Made by a program: the position numbers and the translations under genes. The notes under the pieces were generated by a model. That model worked only from the letters and a program-made list of their open reading frames with translations, ran no database searches and was not told where the DNA came from. A stretch of 64,000 nt of DNA from a virus (lineage: Duplodnaviria > Caudoviricetes), in the IMG/VR virus record IMGVR_UViG_3300020445_001720, positions 1,064-65,063 of that record; one strand, given 5' to 3'. Below are positions 57,101-64,000 of the stretch, one piece after another (the stretch's first letter is position 1; each line of letters starts with the position of its first letter).

Positions 57101-60100
57101 TTGTCTTCCTTGCTGACCTTGAATACCTTGTCTTCCTTGAGCACCTTGTATTCCTTGCTGACCTTGTATTCCTTGAATACCTTGGCGACCTTGAATACCT
57201 TGCTCTCCTTGAATACCTTGAGTACCCTGTCCACCTTGTAAACCTTGACGACCTTGGACACCTTGCTCTCCTTGAATACCTTGTATTCCCTGACGACCTT
57301 GAGCACCCTGAGTACCAGTAGTACCTTGAGTTCCTTGGCGACCTTGAATACCTTGTCCACCTTGTCTACCCTGAGTACCTTGAGTTCCCTGTGGACCTTG
57401 AGTTCCCTGAGTACCTTGTTGTCCTTGGATACCTTGGATACCTTGTTGTCCTTGTAATGCTACCTCTTGAATAAGAGACCATGATACACCAATTCCAGTA
57501 GAAGTTAGAACTGAAGTTGTTGTTCCAACTTGATCAATATTATCAAATAACTTTCCTTTAACATCAAGACCAGAGAATGCAGTTATAACACCAACACTAC
57601 TAACAGTCTTAGCATGGAATACTTGAGTAGTTGTAATTCCAAGTGTGCTAACTCCACTAACATTTAATCCAGTTAGTTTTGGAGCCATTGTAACTGAAAC
57701 AATACCAGAACTAACTGTTAAGTTAGTATCATCTATTTTAACAATACCTTTAGCAGAAGTTGATGCATCAGAATGAATGTTACTAGTAACAACACCACTT
57801 ACACGACCATAAGAATCAACATTAATTTCAGTAACAAAAGAATTATCTCCAGTTGTTATATCTGATTTAGAATTAGTTACTGTTGCTAAATCAATATCAT
57901 TTGCAGCAACAACAATACGATCAGCAGATGCTGTTGCAACTGCCAGTTCATTAGGATTAGGGTTGATTAAACCCGCACCAGCAAGAGTTATAGTTGGAGA
58001 TGTAAACTGTGCCCATTCTAGTATAGAACTACCAATCGAAACCGTGCCTTGAGTTGTATGAACCCAACCAGTTCCTCCATTAACTGTACCATTACTAATA
58101 AAGGTAAAGTCACCTTGTGCTATCTCATCATTAGTATCATACGTTGCTGCCCTAACAAGTTCAAAGTTTGTAGATCCACTACCAACTCTGTTGACTACGT
58201 ATATACCATTATGTGCTTTATTAGTTTGATCTTTGACTAAGACTCTATCATCAAATCCCAATCCTGCAAATAAGTCAATTACTATTGCAGCATTTGTATT
58301 TCCATATAATTTTGCACCTATTCCAGAAGTTCCGTTATCATATCCACCTGCTATATTTGCTGTTGTTGCAGCAGACACTGCTTTTTGAACTGTAATAGAT
58401 GATTGGAAGTTATCAAGATAATTCTTAGTTACAAGTTCGTTAGTTGCAGAAGGACTATACTCTGTAGCAAAGAAACGATAACCATATACATTACTGGATA
58501 TACCTGCCTGTCCAGAAACTGTAAGAGTTCTGTCCATGGTATCGGTTCCAACACCAACACGACCAGTGGCATCATCATAATTTAATCCAGTCGCACCATC
58601 AAAACTACCACTGTTATTAAACTGAACATTATGGTTTGAACCACCAGGTCCAACACTATTAGAAGTAACAGTTGCAATATTTCCAGAAGCAGATGCATTT
58701 ATTCCTGTTCCTACAAAATCAATCTGTGTTATAGAAGCAAGAGTTCCCTGTTGAGATCCCTCATCTTTAATAGTAACACCAGTAATAGCACTTGAAGGAG
58801 CACCATCTACCCAATCAATACCATCTGCTGTTGATATTAGTACCTGTCCATTAGTACCAGCTTGATTATTTTTATCGTATAAAGCACCTTGTAATCTTAA
58901 GTTTCCATCAACATCTAACTGTTGACTTGGAATTGTTGTAGTACCAACTCCAACTTTCTTTGTTAATCCATCAACATGTAGAGCATCATTTAAATTAATA
59001 TCTACATCGCCACCGTCACCTAATTTTACATAGTCTTGTGCACCTTCATATGCATCTATTAATTGCTCATTACCAGCAAATATTCTTAATCTATCAGCAT
59101 CATATTTGATGTAAGTATCTGTATCATCCTTATGATATAGATTTTCTCCAACATAAACAGTATCTCCGAATGTTGCGATTCCTGTTACTGTTAATGATCC
59201 ACCAAGTTCATCAGATACACTTACTCCTGCAAATGTTGCAGACTTGGTTACTGTAAGGTCAGTAGTTCTTGTCTCTCCATAAACATCAAGTGCTTTAGTA
59301 GCTAAACTTGTTCCAATACCAACTTTACCATCTTGTAATATTGAAAGTGCTTCAACCTGTGTGCCTGTTTGGTTATCAGTTATAAATGAAAGTGTCTTCT
59401 TATTACCGTCTCTCGTTCCCAAATATTTTACATTAAATCCATAGTCACCACTATCCATCGTGATGTCATTGGATGCTCCACTCAATCTGATTAGATCAAC
59501 ATCTTTTGCAACTGTGTTAACTCTGATAACTGAACCAGATGGAGTACCTGTTGCATAATTAATATTTAAAGTATTATCATCAAGATTTACATCAGCATTA
59601 ATATCTACAGCAGCACCGAATGTTGAAACACCTGCTACGTTTACAGCATCTAATTGAGTTTGTCCATCTACATCTATGGAATCCTCAATATCCATAGGAC
59701 CTACAAATGTAGATACACCTGTAACTTGTAATTGATTGGTACCAGTTGTGCCACTAATAGTAATTCCATACCCAGTTGTGGCTATCTTCTCTACATTATT
59801 ATAATATAATGAAGTATTAGTATCAGGATTAAATACTGCACTTACTTTACTATTAGCTGCATCATTAATATAAACTTGATTTGAACCCAGAAATACACTA
59901 CCAGTTCCAGAATCGTTTATATAACTATGGCCACCATCATGATATATGCTTAGGTCTGAACTATCACCAAATGTTGCTTTAGAATGATCAAGAAAGTTTA
60001 TAGTATTTGTTGAAGGAGTAAATGTAATTGAAGTTACACCTGCTGTAGCACCTATTAAGTTTATAATATCTCTAAAGGTTGCAATACCTGTTATGTTTAG

Positions 60101-60370
60101 AGTTTGTGTCTCTAAAACAGTAATAGAGGTTATTCCAAGAGTTGATATACCAGAAAGTGTTATATTTTCAAATGAACCATCAAACTTAGTTGCAGTTACA
60201 ACACCAGTAAACTCACCACCACCTTTTACGTAGAGGTCAGAGGTAGCATTTGTAGTTCCAACACCTACACGACCCAAAACTGATAAAGAAGTATCCTCCG
60301 ATCTATATTCGGGGATACCAATCTTTAGAGAGTTCTGTCTACCGCTTAAATATCTTACTGGTCCTGCCAT
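54200..60370 (-). CDS. Very long collagen-like tail fibre with interspersed globular domains
   Basis: Four (G-X-Q)n blocks, VGIGT repeats, DRVLVKDQT...NGIY fibre domain, cupredoxin-like insert. Confidence 0.9.
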   Translation of the reverse strand: MAGPVRYLSGRQNSLKIGIPEYRSEDTSLSVLGRVGVGTTNATSDLYVKGGGEFTGVVTATKFDGSFENITLSGISTLGITSITVLETQTLNITGIATFRDIINLIGATAGVTSITFTPSTNTINFLDHSKATFGDSSDLSIYHDGGHSYINDSGTGSVFLGSNQVYINDAANSKVSAVFNPDTNTSLYYNNVEKIATTGYGITISGTTGTNQLQVTGVSTFVGPMDIEDSIDVDGQTQLDAVNVAGVSTFGAAVDINADVNLDDNTLNINYATGTPSGSVIRVNTVAKDVDLIRLSGASNDITMDSGDYGFNVKYLGTRDGNKKTLSFITDNQTGTQVEALSILQDGKVGIGTSLATKALDVYGETRTTDLTVTKSATFAGVSVSDELGGSLTVTGIATFGDTVYVGENLYHKDDTDTYIKYDADRLRIFAGNEQLIDAYEGAQDYVKLGDGGDVDINLNDALHVDGLTKKVGVGTTTIPSQQLDVDGNLRLQGALYDKNNQAGTNGQVLISTADGIDWVDGAPSSAITGVTIKDEGSQQGTLASITQIDFVGTGINASASGNIATVTSNSVGPGGSNHNVQFNNSGSFDGATGLNYDDATGRVGVGTDTMDRTLTVSGQAGISSNVYGYRFFATEYSPSATNELVTKNYLDNFQSSITVQKAVSAATTANIAGGYDNGTSGIGAKLYGNTNAAIVIDLFAGLGFDDRVLVKDQTNKAHNGIYVVNRVGSGSTNFELVRAATYDTNDEIAQGDFTFISNGTVNGGTGWVHTTQGTVSIGSSILEWAQFTSPTITLAGAGLINPNPNELAVATASADRIVVAANDIDLATVTNSKSDITTGDNSFVTEINVDSYGRVSGVVTSNIHSDASTSAKGIVKIDDTNLTVSSGIVSVTMAPKLTGLNVSGVSTLGITTTQVFHAKTVSSVGVITAFSGLDVKGKLFDNIDQVGTTTSVLTSTGIGVSWSLIQEVALQGQQGIQGIQGQQGTQGTQGPQGTQGTQGRQGGQGIQGRQGTQGTTGTQGAQGRQGIQGIQGEQGVQGRQGLQGGQGTQGIQGEQGIQGRQGIQGIQGQQGIQGAQGRQGIQGQQGRQGVQGEQGTQGTQGTQGRQGTQGTQGTQGRQGTQGQVGKRGGIEYLFSTNTTNSDPGSGFVKFNNGTIGSVDRIYIDDSDDFSTDQSGWFDTWDDSSSSNEGYLTIYSSDNANNNNYVFQVDTVTDMSGYYLIAVTLISNSSSVPGSGERLSLAFNRTGDKGTQGTQGNQGRQGIQGVQGIQGQQGRQGVQGIQGNQGRQGIQGVQGGQGIQGSQGPQGHQGTQGTQGPQGTQGRQGTQGRQGIQGIQGTQAAQGTTGEQGTQGTQGTQGTQGRQGYQGTQGTQGTQGQQGRQGTQGTQGTQGRQGVQGYPGSREYTVTNNGSSNYVIDTFSNPTLELLRGFAYTFDVSASGHPFWLQTSSGAYNSSNVLDAGDGVSNNGSQSAIITYEVPYNAPNNVYYVCQNHSGMAGTINISDLGPQGTQGTQGRQGNQGPQGTQGRQGIQGVQGEQGTQGRQGIQGIQGTQGTQGNQGTQGRQGRQGIQGTQGRQGTQGTTGEQGTQGTQGRQGTTGEQGTQGTQGRQGNQGPQGTQGTQGTLGTQGTTGNFGGATFDYTFSTTTTDSDPGQGNLRFNNGTLSSATVMYIDDQDDGGTNIEDFLRTIDDSTSTVKGHVRISNKTNAEDFTLFTISGTNTEASGYHKVTVSYVSGSTSFSNSEDIIVTFARTGTKGDTGNQGTQGRQGTQGTQGRQGTQGTQGRQGTTGEQGTQGTTGSQGTTGSQGTTGAQGTQGRQGNQGNQGIQGTQGRQGTIGSQGTTGSQGTTGTQGATGTQGTQGRQGTTGSQGTQGRQGTQGTTGSQGTTGSQGTTGAQGTQGRQGTTGSQGTQGRQGTQGPGGPSTTVNAATSSGTTLHPVLVDALGTNQTAVSNTTFNFNANTGAVTATSFSGSGANLTNVSAANSYYYFGINKNKNDVTNYGKLSFTEVDSTTSVDYSEKNDFIRGSQPILHDFIAPGGVEASIDSSGHLVLEL
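54601..57456 (-). repeat. Four interrupted 9-bp-period collagen-coding tracts
   Basis: CCTTG/CCCTG period-9 blocks at about 54601-55100, 55480-55850, 56165-56625 and 56990-57456. Confidence 0.93.
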
Positions 60371-60384
60371 TTTATTTTAAAGAA

Positions 60385-60726
60385 TTAAAGGTTGGATGTT
60401 TCTAGAATACTAGTTAAAAACTTCAAATTCGTTGCATTACTACCGTTGGTTACTAGAGAATCTCCAGTTTCCAAAACTAATTTACCAGCTAATAGATTGA
60501 CTGTATCATTTGGGGGTATGGGTACCTCAGAGATCAATGGTACATCAGTACCATCTCTACGGAACTGAAAAGTCATTGTATACGTAGCTGAACCCATATT
60601 TGTGCATTGTGCTAAAAGAACAACTCCAGTATATCCAACTGGTGCTGTATACACTACTGCTTCTGCTGTCGTGACTGTCTGGGTAACAGTCTGAAATGCA
60701 TTAACTGCTGCTGATGCTGCTGCCAT
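60385..60726 (-). CDS. Small virion structural/adaptor protein
   Basis: VYTAP.G...VVLLAQCTN...IPPND...GKLVLETGD.L...SILE. Confidence 0.75.
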   Translation of the reverse strand: MAAASAAVNAFQTVTQTVTTAEAVVYTAPVGYTGVVLLAQCTNMGSATYTMTFQFRRDGTDVPLISEVPIPPNDTVNLLAGKLVLETGDSLVTNGSNATNLKFLTSILETSNL

Positions 60727-60730
60727 TTGA

Positions 60731-63598
60731 TCAATCTCCTCCTAAAGCTAAAATGAATGGTGTAACTTGGCTAAACAAACTCTTGACATAAATCGAACCT
60801 GATATAGTTCCTGTGGTTTGATCTATAATTACACCATCACCAATCCTGAAGTTACCATCTTGATCTGTGCTTGTGTATATAACTTCTCCACCTTCTAATT
60901 TTATAACCTCATTATCTGTAACTGTTACCCCACCTTTAGATGGTCTAGCAGTTTCAATTGCATTACCTGCACCAACATATTCAAATGAATGAGAAGAAGC
61001 AATTTGCAAACTCTGTCTAGAGAAATATGCAGTACTTCCGAACCCAACATCATTATTTAGATTCTGAACCAAAGTAACTGTTGAGATACCACTTGAAGGT
61101 AATGTTGCTTCATCAACTGCATATAATATAGGTGCAATATCAGTTGTACAAGTAGCAGTTACTCCACCACCAACAGGAGCAGCAAAAGTAACAACAGGTG
61201 GAGTATCAGAAGTGTACTGGAATCCAGTAGTTATGATATTAACACCCGTTACCTCTCCTTGTGCATTAATATTAGAAGTTAACTGAGCAGTAATTGCATT
61301 TCCTGGTCCTGTTGGATCTGTTACAGTTACTGCTGGTGCTGTTGAATAACCAGAACCAACATTAGTTAAGGTTACACCTTGAACTGAGTAATACTTTTTA
61401 TTAAAGAATATTGACTGTCCTCTATAAGGTCTGAATGTACCAACACCCTCAACTGTAACTACGTTAGTACCTCTTGTATAATTAACAGTTGTATTAGTAG
61501 TTGTTCCTACTGTAGCACTATATCTATCTAAGCACTTACTACTACTATCTCCAGTTCCTTCAGAGATTAAACCTTCTCTACCGAATGAAGAGTTAGAGTT
61601 TGTAAGATCTAACTGTCCTCCACTACCTGCATAAATTGCACGATCATTACATATAGTGAATATAGAAACTAACTGAGCATATGCACCGTTAGTAACTGAA
61701 ACACCTATACCACCCTGATTATACTGAGTATATGAGTCAACGTTAAATGAACCTTGAACACCGACTGTATCTCCCAAGTCTCCAACATCAGCATTAAATC
61801 CATCAATCTTTGCACCAATACTATTTGCAATAAAGTTAGTACAGTTTCTTATATAAGGACCTTTTGTAATTGGACCTGTACCTTGAGAAGGACTTAAAGT
61901 AGCAGTTAAAATACCAGAATTTACAGTACCATTATTACCAGGAAACTGTGTTGTAATACCAGAACCACCTGCAAATGCAGAAGGACCGTCTTCAATTATA
62001 CTAGTTACTATTCCTACACATGTAAATATTGCTGAAACTGCAGTTGCACATCCATTTACAGACTCGTTAAACGCACCTGATGGAGTAATTCCTCTATCTT
62101 TTACTTGAGTAAATCCATTATTATAATAATTTCTTTGTTTCAATACTGTTCCACCAGTATTATAATAGTGATCTACAGTCGATACACCAACTACAACCTC
62201 AAAACTATTATTATTGACAACTCTTTTAACTGGGAATGTATAACCAAATGTTCCATTAGGATAAGTTGTTGGACTTCCACTATACTGACAAGTCATTCCG
62301 ATACCTGCTAGTTTTACTGAATCATCTCTTATCAAACCATGAAGAGGTGCAGTAACTGTCATAATACCAGTTGTCCTATCATAAGTTGCACCAGTTACAG
62401 CAGAAGATATACCACTTGCAGTACTTCCCCATGTTGAATTGTTAATAATGGATCTTGAAATTTCAGCAGAACGATAGAAAACATCTATTGTTTCTGAAGC
62501 AACTCCAACAATATGTTGTAAGTCTGTTCCATTATAATAAGATAAACCAGCACCAACTGTTTTAGAATTACCACCTCTTGTTATATCATGTGCTACTGCA
62601 TTTAAAATTGAAGCAACATCTTCAACACAATTAGTAATTGAACTAACTCCTAAATTAACGGTTGCTCTCTTTAGACCGTTAGTTGTTGCAGTTACAAATG
62701 TATGAATACCTGTATTTGTAGAGGGTGCAGTTTCAAGAATATTAACTTTAAATGTATTTGCATCTACCTTTGTTATGGGTAGATCCCTACTCATTGCATA
62801 ATCACTTGGTCTTGGATATTTTCCATTACCACCACTACCATGTGAACACTGGAATGTTATTGATTCGTGATCAAACTGAACCACATCTCCAGTATTAAAC
62901 CCATGATTAGCAACTGTAGCAGTTAAAATACCTGTTATTGGACTATATTGAGCATCAGTTATAGTATGAGTAGTATTCTTATAATCTGTACTTGTTACAT
63001 ATCCTACTGATTCATGAGCAATATACTGTGCGTTTTGTCTTACTAAATTTGCTGCATCAAAATATATGCTTGTACTAACACCTACTAATGGAGTAAATGC
63101 TATAACTGCTGCCCCACCTGTAGAAGGTTGTCCTATAAAACTTAAGTCTGTTATATGATTTCCTTGCCCAACATAAAATAAATCGCTACCAGGATTTTGT
63201 GCTGAAACTATACAGTTTCTAAGTTCTGCACCTTCTACACCTACATTCTTAGGTAAGTAAATTGGATTATTTTCTACGTATGTTCCTGGAAGAACTTTAA
63301 TTGTATCTTTTTCTACTGCTGCTGCGGCTGCTGCCTTAATGGATGCGAATGATTCTCCAACACTTAAACCTGTATTACTATCGCTACCGTTTGTTGTTAC
63401 AAAATATGTGTTACCTGCTGTAGTTCCTGTACCGATCTCAACAACTCTCGTTGCTATACCAACCCCTCCTGTATCTTGTCTCAGGAAGAGTTTACCATCA
63501 TATGTGTTTATTGCTAGTTCGCCTAATGGGAGCTGCGCTAGAGTTGGTTTTTTACCAGCTACCGCAGATCGCTTAAACTTAATTATGGGATCAGCCAT
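60731..63598 (-). CDS. Virion structural/fibre-anchor protein with Mtd-N-like N-terminus
   Basis: IKFKRS..GK.P....LGELAINTYDGKLF; YFVTTNGSDSNTG...SIKAA; GPYIRNCTNF; SHSFEYVG. Confidence 0.8.
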   Translation of the reverse strand: MADPIIKFKRSAVAGKKPTLAQLPLGELAINTYDGKLFLRQDTGGVGIATRVVEIGTGTTAGNTYFVTTNGSDSNTGLSVGESFASIKAAAAAAVEKDTIKVLPGTYVENNPIYLPKNVGVEGAELRNCIVSAQNPGSDLFYVGQGNHITDLSFIGQPSTGGAAVIAFTPLVGVSTSIYFDAANLVRQNAQYIAHESVGYVTSTDYKNTTHTITDAQYSPITGILTATVANHGFNTGDVVQFDHESITFQCSHGSGGNGKYPRPSDYAMSRDLPITKVDANTFKVNILETAPSTNTGIHTFVTATTNGLKRATVNLGVSSITNCVEDVASILNAVAHDITRGGNSKTVGAGLSYYNGTDLQHIVGVASETIDVFYRSAEISRSIINNSTWGSTASGISSAVTGATYDRTTGIMTVTAPLHGLIRDDSVKLAGIGMTCQYSGSPTTYPNGTFGYTFPVKRVVNNNSFEVVVGVSTVDHYYNTGGTVLKQRNYYNNGFTQVKDRGITPSGAFNESVNGCATAVSAIFTCVGIVTSIIEDGPSAFAGGSGITTQFPGNNGTVNSGILTATLSPSQGTGPITKGPYIRNCTNFIANSIGAKIDGFNADVGDLGDTVGVQGSFNVDSYTQYNQGGIGVSVTNGAYAQLVSIFTICNDRAIYAGSGGQLDLTNSNSSFGREGLISEGTGDSSSKCLDRYSATVGTTTNTTVNYTRGTNVVTVEGVGTFRPYRGQSIFFNKKYYSVQGVTLTNVGSGYSTAPAVTVTDPTGPGNAITAQLTSNINAQGEVTGVNIITTGFQYTSDTPPVVTFAAPVGGGVTATCTTDIAPILYAVDEATLPSSGISTVTLVQNLNNDVGFGSTAYFSRQSLQIASSHSFEYVGAGNAIETARPSKGGVTVTDNEVIKLEGGEVIYTSTDQDGNFRIGDGVIIDQTTGTISGSIYVKSLFSQVTPFILALGGD

Positions 63599-63648
63599 CT
63601 ATACATTCGGTATTTACCAAAAAATAAGCAGTATATACTGCTCTGGGT

Positions 63649-63656
63649 TATTTATA
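63649..63656 (-). promoter_or_regulatory. T4-type late promoter TATAAATA
   Basis: Exact consensus 50 nt upstream of the ATG at 63598. Confidence 0.7.
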
Positions 63657-63661
63657 AGATT

Positions 63662-64000
63662 CTAAGAGGCACTATTTTTTCTGGGACGATATATAAACAA
63701 ATTCTTTGGAGGTTCTGGTTCCATCCATTCAGCAATCTTATTATACTTGTTATGAGAAAAGAAATCTTGAGACAAGTACCACTCTTCCCAAGGACTATGT
63801 GCTTTAGATTGATTACAAGAATGGCAGCAACATACTACATTCTTTGTAAAATCTGTTCCTCCTTTAGCACGAGGAACTACATGATCAATTGTTAGGTTTT
63901 TTCCAGATCCGCAATATGCACATTTATAATTCCATTTCTCTTTTACATTTCTCCTCCACATTCGTAGTGCTTCTGCTGAACTTGTGGTCTTCAAATTAAA
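63662..64000 (-). CDS. HNH endonuclease (5' end probably beyond the window)
   Basis: CAYCG...TIDHVVPRAKGG....NVVCCCHSCNQSK; frame open to the window edge. Confidence 0.9.
   Translation of the reverse strand, partial: FNLKTTSSAEALRMWRRNVKEKWNYKCAYCGSGKNLTIDHVVPRAKGGTDFTKNVVCCCHSCNQSKAHSPWEEWYLSQDFFSHNKYNKIAEWMEPEPPKNLFIYRPRKNSAS

Noticed and set aside
54571-57457. Many alternative-frame ORFs and CRISPR-like periodicity
   Set aside because: Period-9 coding repeat without unique spacers; not a CRISPR array and not separate genes
46170-60370. Diversity-generating retroelement or invertible tip system acting on fibres
   Set aside because: No reverse transcriptase, invertase or near-identical TR/VR pair noticed; paralogues are highly diverged. 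Checked by eye only, so a dot plot would be needed to exclude it fully

Overview
AT-rich, gene-dense segment of a T4-like marine cyanophage (Kyanoviridae-type myovirus; gene content and base composition suggest a Prochlorococcus-infecting, P-SSM2-like phage, by inference). Left to right: truncated DEAH helicase; a tail-fibre/virion block (1.2-21.5 kb) with an embedded flavin-dependent halogenase, an S74-chaperone fibre, a Tfa-like chaperone and a collagen/tail-collar fibre; the T4 baseplate/head-completion core (gp5, hub, gp51, gp26, gp54-like, gp4, gp2, gp48, gp53); a replication/AMG block (gp32, gp59, 2OG-Fe(II) oxygenase, gp33, exonuclease, phoH, thyX, glutaredoxin); a glycan-modification cluster; three RCC1-propeller proteins; a second, paralogous collagen-fibre cassette; and a truncated HNH nuclease. 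The most striking element, missed by the ORF track, is at 39.3-39.85 kb (minus strand): an NtcA-type palindrome, a sigma70 promoter, two tandem glutamine-II (Downstream-peptide)-like riboswitch aptamers and a DUF4278 peptide gene, where the second aptamer is split by a 54-codon ORF that starts in its 5' P2 arm and stops in its 3' core. No CRISPR array, tRNA, rRNA or reverse transcriptase was seen. All family assignments come from motif recognition, not database searches.
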